In this document: piece by piece, positions 1-13,058 of the stretch | Numbering within the stretch: position 1 is the stretch's first letter | How the letters are laid out: each line of letters opens with the position of its first letter | DNA from: the human T2T-CHM13v2.0 reference genome, Homo sapiens | Direction: 5' to 3' (one strand) | DNA: 64,000 nt | Assembly: GCF_009914755.1 (NCBI RefSeq) | Contig: NC_060929.1 | The notes under the pieces: generated by a model | Database searches by the model: none | What the model saw: the letters and a program-made list of their open reading frames with translations, nothing else | Told to the model about the DNA's origin: nothing | Program-made: the position numbers and the translations under genes

Positions 1-330
1 CATGGTTATGACAGAAGGTTACAATGAATGAACAACAATTTCACTAAAGAAGCACTGCAGCATTGGCTAGAATGATGACCAGAAGTCACCATGACACTGA
101 CACAGTATCTTTGGCCTCTGTGTAGAGGACTTCAACAGCCGTGGCTGTGGGAGTCAATGGCAGAAGTGGGCAATTGATCTTCTTGGTTATAGTGGCTGAC
201 TGCTTCCCTGCTTAGACTCTGTAAGCCAATTTCAAGAGGAATTAGAGTAAATGCAAGTGGGGCTACCAAGATAAAGTATCAGGCCATTATGGGTTTGAGC
301 AAGTAAATGGAAAATTAAATACATATGCTC

Positions 331-612
331 AGGGTCTTGCTCTGTCACCCAGGCTGGAGTGCAATGGCACAGTCATGGCTCACTGCATGCATCCTTGGTC
401 TCCTGGGCTCAAGTGACCCTCTCATCTCAGCCTCCCAAGTAGCTGGGACTACAGGCTTGCACCACCACAACTGGCTACTTTTTTAATTTTGGGGGGAGAT
501 ATGAGGTCTGACTATGTTGCCCAGACTAGTCTCTAACTCCTGGCCTCAAGTGATCTTCCCATCTCAGCCTCCTAAAGTGTTGGGATTACAGGTGCTTGCC
601 ACTGTGCCCAGC
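331..612 (-). mobile_element. Alu SINE (old, AluJ-like)
   Basis: Antisense Alu dimer (GGGTCTTGCTCTGTCACCCAGGCTGGAGTGC ... AAAGTGTTGGGATTACAGG) with J-type CTGGGCTCAAGTGA motif; diverged; tail lost. Confidence 0.95.
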
Positions 613-1510
613 TTGTTCATAGTTTTTATACTAAAGTTTATACCGTCAAGATTTATATTACTTTATCCTACTTAAATATTAATTAATTATAATTCACTGT
701 TTACATGTTTACCCCTCCTCTACTCTAATTTTTTGGAGGATAGGAAATAGATTTTATTTACTTAGTGTCTCAAGTGTCGTCCACAGTTTTTGGAATCTAT
801 TAAATAATCAGTGAGATTTCATTATAAAAAGTCATTAATATATAAACAAATCATTTTACTAATCTCACTTGTTTTAAATAAAGGCAAATTCAAGGAGGAA
901 AATGACACTAAAATCATCTTTCCATACATTGGCAAAAAAGAAAAAAATCAAAATATAACATTTATCTGATCAAAGTCTATAATATCTTCCAAGTAGGTTT
1001 AGTGAAGAATATTAATGTTAGGGAGTGGATTATATAATCAAAAGCAGAAATCTATAGTTTTAGCTACTTTTATCCATACTATACAGATAAGTAGTTGATA
1101 ACAGATAATTACATTCTCTGAGCTATGGAGTCAAGGTACATGCCCCATTATCTGAGTCATTCATTTTCTAATACCATTGAAAGATAAAATTATTAAATTT
1201 ATGTGTGAGAAATGTTATAAGCTTATTGTGACCTGTACATATTTACGGATTTGCAATATCACCTCAGTTTTACATGGCTAAAGTAAAAGACACACTTTTA
1301 AAATAAATAACAGATGTTATAAAAGGAGACAAAGGATATTAAGAAGTTCCTTTAAACTATCCTTGATGTTATTGGTATCTATAGGCAAGGCTTTTCTGCA
1401 CATTTTCCAGAGAACAAATTGCAAATAGAGAAATTGTAATAAAAACCAGGAAGACAGAAGTGGACATGTGCTGATGAAGAGGGAAGCTTGAAGAAAATAG
1501 TCTACTTAAG

Positions 1511-1860
1511 ATAAAAAATGATGAGTTCATGTCCTTTGTAGGGACATGGATGAAATTGGAAATCATCATTCTCAGTAAACTATCGCAAGAACAAAAAACC
1601 AAACACTGCATATTCTCACTCATAGGTGGGAATTGAACAATGAGATCACATGGACACAGGAAGGGGAACATCACACTCTGGGGACTGTTGTGGGGTGGGG
1701 GGAGGGGGGCGGATAGCATTGGGAGATATACCTAATGCTAGATGATGAGTTAGTGGGTGCAGCACACCAGCGTGGCACATGTATACATACGTAACTAACC
1801 TGCACAATGTGCACATGTACCCTAAAACTTAAAGTATAATAATAAAAGAAAAAAAAAAAA
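1511..1860 (+). mobile_element. Young 5'-truncated L1 3' end (L1PA2-like) with poly(A)
   Basis: Closely matches the recalled L1HS/L1PA2 ORF2 end and 3'UTR (GAGATCACATGG, TTGGGAGATATACC, GCACAATGTG). Has GAG rather than the L1HS ACA, and AAAGTATAAT. A-tail to 1860. Confidence 0.95.
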
Positions 1861-2319
1861 AGAGTGTGATATGTTCTGAAGCCAGAGGACAGTACTTGTT
1901 TTCAGTAAAGCAAAGGGTTAATTAATGAGATGAGGTAGGAAAAGTAATGCAACTGAAGAATTACTTAGGTGAGAAGCTTAAGTCCTCTAGTCTGCAAGGA
2001 TAGCTCATCTTTAGGCTTTAAATAAATCACTCATGTGAATGTCAAAAAAAAAAAACTCGTTATTTTCGTATGCTTTTCTCCAGGGATTCTAAGAGAACTG
2101 AAGTTTTTCATCCTTACTTCTGACTCTAATTTTCTGCTTCTACTTACTTCTTAATTTCTGCAAGTTTTATTCTTTTCCAAATAGCCCTTTTTTGGGAAAC
2201 ATGCCAATCACTTAAATAAGAATGGAAATGTGGGAGGTTTTTATTGAAGTGTTGAAGTAACGGGAAGAATAAACTGCAGTAAGGCATTAAGAAAGGACTT
2301 ACAATTAGAATTAGTAATC

Positions 2320-2660
2320 CTTGCTAATTATAGATTAAGTTGCAGAAACAAAATGAATCCAGAATTCAGTGGCTCAAGCAAAATAGAACTTTATTTCAAT
2401 TTCGTGTAAAAGTACAGAGTTGAGGAGAATCAGGGTAGTATGATAGTTTTTATGCCCAAAGGGTGGCTTCTTGTGCCCACCATTTCCAAACCCATGGAAA
2501 TGGTGAAGGAGGAAGCCCAGGGAAACTGGGGTCTTCTTTATACATATGACTCACAGCTATAAGTATCTCTTCTGGGCAAAACCCACTGGGCCCCATTTAG
2601 TGTCCTGGAAAGATCTAGCTGCAAGAGAGGCTGGGAATTAGAGTTATGACTCTGACAACC
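2320..2660 (-). mobile_element. Old MLT1-type MaLR LTR fragment
   Basis: CAGTGGCTCAAGCAAAATAGAACTTTATTTC and later motifs resemble antisense MLT1 LTR ends; highly diverged. Confidence 0.5.
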
Positions 2661-3319
2661 AGATGCGATAGGAAGAATGCATTGGTCTCTTCTATATCCT
2701 GGTATGTGTATATACACACACAGATATATATATATATATATCTCCAAGATCTTATTGTTCCTACTTGCCTTAATAAGCTAAAATATCTTCTTACTATGTT
2801 GTACAAAGAAATTTACTCAATTTTATCTCACTTTTGCCTTCTAGACAATGCCTTGATGATTTACTATCTTCTAGCAAATAAAGCCCACCTTGGTATTTTT
2901 CTTAACTAAGAGCATATGCCCAAGTGAATAATTTTGTTTCTTCCCATAGGAAACAGAAATTCAGATGGTAAGTTTTACAGAGTAATCTCTTTTTCACCAC
3001 TGTCACAGGCAAAGACCTGAGTGTGGAAGACTGAATGCAATCATAACATATTTGCACACTAAGAAGTAGGTTATATGGAGTCTTTGAAGATTTTCGTAAA
3101 TTGGAAGATCTTTCTTCTTTAGAAGGCACACGAGGCTGATCTTGTATGCAGGCTGAATTATAATAGGAGGGGTGAAAGCTGGACCCATTCAGAAAGGAAG
3201 ATTTGTTCATAATGCTATGCAACATCAAATATAGCTTTAACAGGGTGTTTAGATTATGTCCCCACAAATATCTTGTTACTCAAGTTGGCCTTTGTTCTAG
3301 TTGTAGCCTTCTGTGCCCC

Positions 3320-3830
3320 TATTAATAAGTGCTATATAAACAGAACCCCACAAAATCAAATTGAATGAAGAAATTTGAAGATAGAAAGATATAATCTCTG
3401 ACCCCTTGAAGGTTACAACCTAGAAAGAGCAAAGACAGGAGGATAGACAATTGTGACACAATATAGTAGATACTTTATTAGAGGTTGGCAGTGGATGCCT
3501 AGGCTGAAAAAGCATCCTAGAAAAAATAGGGAGATTTTCTCAGAGGAGTTGACATCAAATAATTAATGGAGGAAACATAAATATTAACAAGAGGACAGAG
3601 GAAAGGGTGTAGAAAAAAATATCCTAGCAAAATGATGAACGCCTAGGCTAGAAAGATCTCAGACATAGGAGACAGCAAGGAGAGTGTGTTGATTTAAATA
3701 TGGTATCAAAAAGACAATAGGAAGATGAGACTGATGGCTTTTATGTTTCACTAAAATTCGTGAGTTTTCACATGATTGCATTAGAGCACCATTAAAGGAT
3801 ATTAAAATCTTCCTTTATAAAGATCAACTT
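3320..3830 (-). mobile_element. L2 fragment
   Basis: Purine-rich stretch with L2 antisense-like motifs (CCCTTGAAGGTTACAACCTAG, GATTTTCTCAGAGGAGTTGACAT). Confidence 0.5.
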
Positions 3831-4169
3831 GGTGGATTTGAATTACACCAAAAGTATAGTGACAAATTAAACACTGTTGGTATTAAGCATGTGGTCGCCT
3901 CCCCAGCATCCAAATGTTGTAGCCACAGAGATTGGCTACATTGGTCCCATCACTAGAGGCAACCATGTGAAAATTCTGATACAGGATAGAGTATAACTTT
4001 ACATAATTCAGTGCATTATTTAAATGTAGAAATTTTAAAATATGTAATTTGAATATATATATATAAATATATTTATATATGGGTATAAAACTTTTGGAAA
4101 ATTAATCAGTAATAGAACTCAACCCTGAAAATCAAACAGCAGCCAAGGCAAACATTTCAGAATGACACC

Positions 4170-4430
4170 AGGCCATTTAAATCTCTTCACAAAATCTCCC
4201 CATGGCTTTCCATCAGACATAGAATAGAAACTGGTTTACCATCTCCAACAAAGCCCTCATGATTTGACCAGACTTTTTGATCTCATTTCTTGCCACTTTC
4301 CACTCACTTCCTGGATCATCCACTCTGGCGATCATGAAAGTGCAGACTTTTTGCAAGTAAATCCTAACTACCTAGAATAGCACCTAGTACCTATCAAGCA
4401 CTCAACACATTTTGGCAAATACATTTTGAA
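4170..4430 (+). mobile_element. L2 3' end fragment
   Basis: CATGGCTTTCCATC ... CCTAGAATAGCACCTAGTACCTATCAAGCACTCAA resembles the L2a 3' terminus. Confidence 0.6.
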
Positions 4431-6152
4431 TGCATATGGGCAATACAAAACAGCTGTCTAATTACAGTGTTTTTCTAATGTCACATTTTCTGTGGGAAGT
4501 TGGCCAAATTGCCCCACAATACAGCACAAACCGTAGATTTTCTCCCACACTCTAAGCTATTAACATTCTTTGAACATCCCAGAGGGTGATATTGGTGTCA
4601 TCCATCTTAATTAACATTGTTTTAAAGTGGCAAGATGAGAAACCAAGAAAAATTGGGTACAAACGTTGATGAAACTGGAATGGTTTAAGCGTTCACTGTT
4701 TAAAAAGAGACACCTTACCAGTTAATGGTAATAATTGCAAGGAATTCAGTTCAGTGAAACAGTGAAAACTGATATTCACAGTATTTCTGGCCTTAAACTC
4801 ACTTAAAACATCGTATTTTATTGCTAGCCCCTGTAAGGTAAGAAGAAAAAATGTTACCCAAGCTATACCCCCAGGGAGGTACAATCAAGTTGGTCGGATT
4901 AAGCTTAGTATTCAATGTATCCAAGTATTCAATTCAGATGTTATAGGTCAATGATATAGCACAGACAGTAAATAGTGTGGCTGTCTAAGGGGGCAGAATG
5001 AACAAGGCACTGTGACTGTTAAATGTTATTGATGTAAACTTCTTAAACAGGTTGGGTTAAATGGAAAATTAAAGAGAGAAGAGGGAGGGAAGTAATGTTC
5101 AAGGCTTAAAGGCCAGCATGCATAAAACAAGTTATCAAAAAAAAGGAGTTGGCCTGCTAGGCTTAAAATTTGAAAATGCTGGATTAGTAAAGAAGTATGC
5201 TTGAAATGTAAGAGAATCAGATTATGAAGGAACTCAAACATTAGGATAAGTGGGTAAATATTTCTGATTAATTTATTTATGCAGATTGAGAACTGCAGGG
5301 ATTTCTGTCATTGTCTCATCTGTTTTAGCCTTTGCACTAACCTACATCTCAAATTATGTTTGATAACCCCTAAGACTCTGTAGTAATGTGTAAACAGTAC
5401 ATAAAAGTCAGAATTACGGGTAGAATGAGAAGCTGTATATACTATCTCAGAAAAAAAGAGCAACAAAGGCCACTAATTAAAAAATTCATCATTTAACATG
5501 AAGTGGTTCACAATGTTTACACTTTATAAATAAAATTTAATTTCTACAAGAATGTGGTAAATTTATTTCAAAAAATATACTTTCTGGGTTAAATATTTCT
5601 GCTGCTGTAGAGAAATGTATTCATTGTTTATTAACTAGAAGAATTACAAGTTTATGATCAAAGTGGAGTGTTAAAGCTCTCTGAATTTTAAAATTTACTG
5701 GTTCTAGTGATGGCTTTATAGTATAATCCATAGAGCAATATTGCTAACTAATACCACTACTTCCTACTTAGAGCTAGCTTAGTGAAGTCATAGCTTAGGT
5801 ACATGTCAGTTTCTCAAATGGCATTTCTAAATGAAAAAACAATTATAAAATTTGCATATTGTGAAATTACCCTTGAAAAAATAGCCACAAACTAACCATA
5901 AATTACAGTATAGTTATTGGCGTAACAACTTGATATGTTAATTTTCACATGCACTGTAGTTTGTGAACCACAGAATTTAAATAAATCAGAAGTCTACATG
6001 TATATGCTCGGAAATTGAAGACATTTTGGCTCCTGGTAACTGTGGTACTCTAAGGATTAAAAGATACAGAGAGGAGGTCTAAAATTTTCTTTCAAGTGCA
6101 TTAAATTTACTTCATTTTGCTAGCATTAAGTTTTTATAACATTAAAACATAT

Positions 6153-6312
6153 ATTCATATATATTTCTTTTTGGAGATGGGGTCTCACTCTGTTGGCCAA
6201 GGCTGGAGTATAGTGGTGCAATCATAGCTCACCGAAGCCTGGAACCCCTGGACTAACGTGATCCTCCTGCCTCGGCCTCATCTAGGGCTACAGGCACATA
6301 CCACCATTTGGC
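6153..6312 (-). mobile_element. Alu monomer (FRAM or 5'-truncated AluJ right arm)
   Basis: Single antisense right-arm-like unit flanked by an 18-bp direct repeat, TATAACATTAAAACATAT (6135-6152, 6313-6330). Confidence 0.9.
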
Positions 6313-7299
6313 TATAACATTAAAACATATTAATAGACCTGTTATTCTTCTCTTTCCTTCTTTGTTTCTTTTTTTCTTTTTTTTAGAACTGAATAAAAAA
6401 ATGCAGAGCTTCCCAACCAGTGTGCCATGGTATTCCACAGTGCATTACAAATTTGTTGGGAGATTTAGATAGTTTTTTACATCCATTGAAAAATTTACAT
6501 TTAGAATTATATTTGAATACTGTAAGTATCGCATTCTCTGCAAACTCCTGTATTTAAAAATTATTATCTTGCTCTTTAAGACTTTATTTTTAGCATCCAC
6601 CAACAAAGAAATCTCTACAGCGTTTAAAACGAACATCTCCCCTGAGTAACACATTTAATATCCCAGGTAGTCTTATTACTTCAATTTGCATCTGTAATCA
6701 TCAGTGAAGTTCTTTCTATGTGAACATTTAAAATATTTAGCTTTGCTTTTGATTTCATGTACTCTTATTTTTTACATTTTTATTATGCTTGTAAGACTTT
6801 TTAGATAACACCCACCAACATAAACAGCTCTGTGGCCGCTATGCCATGTTGCACATTTCTCTGACCTTACCATTGGTTCATTTCAGTTAGTGAGATTAAT
6901 ACTTAAGTAATAAGGTATTTATCATGAGTAAAATTCTGTATTTGCTATGGACATTTTTATTGTACTATATTAATCTACTGAGGTTAGTACATAGCTGATA
7001 GCACTAGTTAAAATCCTTGAAGAAAAATGATAGAAAAAGATTATTTCTTGCACAAAGATATATAAAAATAAAGCAATTGAAAATAAAATCCTAAAATATT
7101 CAGCATGATAAATGGATATTATGAAGCACATAAGATATTACAGACACTAACACTACCTTAGAGTAGTCCAAGAACAACAATTTGATATTCAATTAATAAC
7201 TTGTTTTGTTCACTGAAATGCTATCTATGTGTAAAATTTGACCACAACTTTAATTTTATTAAGCAATATGAAAATAACACTATGCATACACTGCAGTGC

Positions 7300-7720
7300 A
7301 GTCTGCTTAAATTCTGACAATACCAGTGCCAGCAAAGATGTAGAGCAACAGGAATTCAAAAACGGGGCTAGAAGGAGTGAAAATTTGTATAACCTTTGGA
7401 AAACTGTCAGTATTTTCTAATGCTAAAAATATACATACCCTAAGACCAAGAATTTCACATAGGAATGCAGAAATTCATATGTATGTGAATCAAAAGACAG
7501 GTACCAACATGTTTATAAAAGCATTATTAATAAGTGGCAAAAATAGAAATACCCCAAATATGTGCTAACAACAAAATGGATAAATCAATATATTCATATA
7601 ATGGAATACTCGGTAATAAAAATGATAAAAGTACTGACACATAAAACAACATAGGTGCATTTTCCAAATGTCTTATTGGGTGAAAGAAATGTTAAAAACT
7701 CACACAAACAATAGATACAC
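7300..7720 (+). mobile_element. Ancient L1M (ME/MC-type) ORF2 end and 3'UTR
   Basis: CTGACAATACCAGTGCCAGCAAAGATGTAGAGCAACAGGAA and AAATGGATAAAT...CATATAATGGAATACT are L1 ORF2 terminal motifs. Confidence 0.7.
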
Positions 7721-10499
7721 ATTGAGATTGTTACCATTATTTTAATACCTTCTAATTTTATTACACAAATGTCTTATTGAACGCTCTTAGTAGAAATTCA
7801 CTGATCATGTGAATTAAGTTTGAATCCAATTCTATTTTGCATGCCAAATTATTTTAAGTGATGATAACGATTTCTCTCAAATATACACAGATGTTGCTCA
7901 ATTATTCACTAGCATATGAATCAGAAAATTGTCTAAATTTTATTAATGAATGAGTACTTAATAAACTTTCTAGCAAAGTAAAATGGCATTTATTGAAAAT
8001 CATCTTCTCATAAACAAATTAAGAGTCTACAACTTGAAGAATTATCACAAACTAAACCCATCTAAGAAATTGTCACCTACCACAAACAAGGTAAAGCACT
8101 CCAGACATTCCCTTTATGCTCTGCTCAATCACTACCCAACTCTTCAATACAAAGGGAACAATCACCCTGACTTTTAACATTAAGTTTCATGTTGGCTCTT
8201 CTGATTTGCAACCAATCCTGCTGCTAGTTAAATGAAGGCACTTTCTTCTTCCTAAGTACATCTAGGAGGGCATTAACAGGTTTCCATGAACCTCTTTTGT
8301 ATTTTATTCCCTTGCTTTCTCTCTTATGCTTTAGACATTGACATTATTATTTTGTACTTGATTCCTTTTAAGTGGTTTTTAACACTTCCTTTCATAGGCA
8401 CTTTCGGGTCGAGAGTTACTTGAATCCTCTAGACTAAAGCATTTGTGTGAGGGTTCAAAATTGTTACACATCCTTACCTTTACAGATATGAAGCAAAGAA
8501 AATGCCTGAATGCAACACAGTACTCTAAACAGAATGAAAGCAGATTCTTTGCTTTTCTTTCTCTAGTTGTTTCAGCAGACAAAATATCTGATAGCACCAA
8601 GATTTATATACCCTTTTCTGGAAGCTGACAGAATTAGTCATTGCTTTTCAGAAGTAATTATCAAGGACAGTTAAAATCCAGTCTCTGGAAGCATCTTCGA
8701 TCATGCCCAAAGCCTAAATCTCATGAAAGCTCTTTAAGTTAGAATGGGAAGCTTATGAGAATTTTCCCAATCAAAAGAAAAAAAATGTCTTAGCCTGGGG
8801 ATGATAAACAAAATGATTTTTTGCAGACAGTCTGAAAAATATGCTTTATGCAATTATGATATGTAAAGATATAACAAAAAATCAATTTACAGACTTCTAA
8901 CTTAACTTTAATAAGTTCTCGTAATTCATTATCAATTTAAACTAAATTAATTTAAACTACCAGCCTTAGAAAGAATTATTTTCTTGTCCTTTACACACAT
9001 CCAGCCCATTCTGCCCTCAATGACCTCAGACCAAAAGATACAGTCTCTTTCTATTGAATGAAATTTAATAAAAAGGAGCCATTTTATAACAATGAATAAT
9101 GGCAAACTTCATCCTGTCATTTTCACTATTGAAAGTTATGGCTACAGAAGACTGCTCAGGGATATCCTGTTTTTAGAAAGTTTAATCAAAGTTGGCAGCC
9201 TATGCGGGGGTAGACATCATAGAATAGTGTAAAGAATTTTCTTCCTGATGGGTGGTTGCACATGAAAGATCTTTGGGAAAGTAAGTTTTGTTTTCTTCCT
9301 AAGTGAGAATAGCACATGAGAATGTCTCTGAGTTTCTTAGAAGAAACCATGAATTTTGTACAAAAGTGGAACAGATATGGGTTATTCTTTTAGGTCACAA
9401 ATGCTTTTACCATCTGTAATCTATTTATAAGTAAAAAAAAAAAAATTCACCTTTGTAAAAGAATGAATTTTTTAAAAAGTCAATTGGTAGAAGAATATTG
9501 ACTATTTTTGGAAAAACCAGAAACTCACCGGTATAAGTATATAATATTGATTCTCAAAGGGTTGTTAATATACTTAATTACCGTAAAACATATTAAATAA
9601 CATTGTCTTTTAGTTTTTATGTTTGTTTTCGTCTCTTCATAGCTCTGTTAATGTTCTAAATTTTAAATGATGTACTTAGGATCATACTACACCAAATAGA
9701 ATCATAGCATAATTCCAGGTCGTTTTACTGTCAATTTTCTTCTATAAAAATATGATTTTTACATTAGAGGAGGGGTTTTGATAATGATATTTCACACAAA
9801 ATCCACGTTTTTATAATGAGATTTTATGTGTGAAGATGGATAATATAACCTGTTTTTCATTCATTACTCAGGCGATGCATAAAGAATCACAGAAAAGTAA
9901 GAATCCATTCTTGTTAAAAGGACCTTGGAAAGAGACTCACCGTAACTTTCTCACTGTCAAAAAAGACTTTACTACTTGCTGATTCAAATTTGTCATGCTT
10001 AATATTAAGCCTAGTTTCCTATGTCCTGTCTTTAATATAAGAAAGTTATTTATTACTATAGTTGTGCAAAGCCCTTCACATATGTGAGGATTTATTAAAT
10101 CTTCGAATTCTGTCTTCAATAATTAGATTCCTAGTTCTTTATTTTTCTAATTTTATTCAACTCATCCCTTTCCTTTAAATGCTTTCCTACTTTACATTTC
10201 TTACTTTGGAATATCACTCTTAACTGATAAAAATTCAAAGCACTATGACAACGAGAAGATTTTTGGTTTAGCTAATATTAACTATTCTAGTAATTAGCAA
10301 AGACTGTATAAAATATATTTGATTTTATTTTAATTAAGAAGATAACACCTCCTTAAGCCCCCCTTTTTTTTTTTGGCAGCTGTTTCTTTTTCTACCTTGC
10401 CATATTTTCTAATTACAATTTAAATTCACAACTGTTATAGTATACTCCTCCTTAAAAGTGGGTAACCTTACACATACTAAACAGCAATGAAGTACTGTT

Positions 10500-10841
<342 letters not shown>

Positions 10842-11399
10842 TGAATATATGTTATCAAAACTATTTTTGATTCTTTTTTCTGTCTTTTCTTTAGTAATAC
10901 CTTTTTGTTTTCTGATTTTATCTATGTCACATTTATATTTTATCATCAAGTAATTTTTAAACACAGATGCTTAGCTCCTTAGCTCACCATAGCCAGAATC
11001 ATTCTTAATACTTAATTATTTTCAGCATTTTGTACATTCAATTTAAAAACTTATCACACATGTGGCCATTGTCATTCTTTTTTGGATAAGTCTTCTGCAA
11101 TTAGAATTGCCTATATGGTGGGGCTTAAAAAGAAAAGCTTTCTCCCTAAATATAAAGGTTTCAAATATTTGTATTTAAATAAATGAAATAGAATATCATA
11201 GTTTCCACTATTTCTCATCAGTGTCATAAAATTATAATGAATATAACATTTAAGTTATTCAATTATCACATAATTTGAAGCAATATCTTAAATCAATTCA
11301 GATATTTATCTAATTGTTTGCTAAAACTAGAAAACATTATGTAAACATAACAAATATACATTATAAATATATATAAAATAGTATATTAGATGAACATAT

Positions 11400-11800
11400 T
11401 TCAGAGAATGTTGGTTCCCTGTTTTCAATGTCCCTTTCTTCTTCAGTAACAAAATCCAATGTTATTTTAATGTTGCGACATATTCAACTTAAAGATGACA
11501 TTTTTGGTCTTCCTTGATGCTGGATGAGCTATGTGGTTATGTAAAGAGCCAGCTGGAAGATACCATTTGGCCCTTTCTTTCTGCTTCCTGGAATGGAATG
11601 AAATGAAGTTTCAACATTTGTCTTAGGCATGAAGTAACCTGGAACTCAGAAACCGGTGCTAGGGAAGAAATAGCTGGAAGACAGAAGGTCCCTGTGTTCC
11701 TGATTACTGTAGAGTCACTATATCGTATCCAGGACCTATTAATACTCTCTTTGTTTATGTGAAAAAAAATAAAATCATTGTATGCAGAAGCCATTTGTTA
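11400..11800 (+). mobile_element. Old MLT1-type MaLR LTR
   Basis: CTTCCTTGATGCTGG...TTCTGCTTCCTGGAATG...GAAGACAGAAGGTCCCTG...GAAAAAAAATAAA resembles MLT1 LTR organisation. Confidence 0.55.
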
Positions 11801-11874
11801 AGAGCCAAGAGATGCAATCAAAGATGGAGGAACGAAAATGGAATTTTATTCCTTAGTTAAAATGATAGAGTCAT

Positions 11875-12308
11875 GTGTAGTGGACACTGTGGGCCACTGC
11901 TCTGCTTCTGCCTCAGCACTGAAGAATGTAAACCTTTCACTGCTGGGACTGTAAGCAGCTGGTAGCCTTTGGCTCCTGCCAACTCCAACAGTTGCCCTTG
12001 ACTGAAAGAATCACTCTATGCAAAATTGCACTCCTTTTCTGGGAGCAACCACCATCCAATGATTTGTTCATGTGAGCGTATAAATCCCAGGCCCTGATAC
12101 ACCATTTAGGGACAACTCTGAAAGGCCATTCCAGCTTCAGAAGTCTACATGGAGCCTGTGGAGGTGTTAGTCAAGTTTTCATGGCACCCTAACTTTGCCT
12201 CTGCTTTTTCCTTCTTCTTTCCCTTTGATTGTCAGAGCACTTCCTAATAAACTTCCCACACACTAATCTCCATCTCAGAGGCTGCTTCTGGGAAAACCAA
12301 TCTGCAAT
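11875..12308 (+). mobile_element. ERVL LTR16-family LTR
   Basis: 3' motif CCTAATAAACTTCCCACACACTAATCTCCATCTCAGAGGCTGCTTCTGGGAAAACCAA is typical of the LTR16 family. Confidence 0.7.
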
Positions 12309-12673
12309 GGTATTCATAGAAGGATTAAACATTAACATTTAATTTAAAGAACTTGCTTGGGATGGTGAGATCAGCCTTAGTGTTAAATAAATAAATTCCT
12401 CATCTCTTATATATGTGCATGTTATTTTAAGTTTGGTAAAGTTTGGACCACAAAAATCAAAAGACTTAAAAGCTTTTTGGGATGAAAAAAGTAATGTTTC
12501 ACTTCCCATGTATTACCTTAGAACTTCTTGGAATATCTTTCATTATGTGCATATAAAATTTTTATTTAAAAATTAACAGAAGTCAATTAAATTCAATGTA
12601 TTTTTGATCATTTGTTAAAATTAATGCATATTGCCATATACTGAGGAAAGAAAATTATGTTTAAGAAAGTCTT

Positions 12674-13058
<385 letters not shown>

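Noticed and set aside
1369-1719. 116-aa minus-strand ORF
   Set aside because: Antisense reading of the L1 ORF2 end and 3'UTR running into flank; a common artefact.
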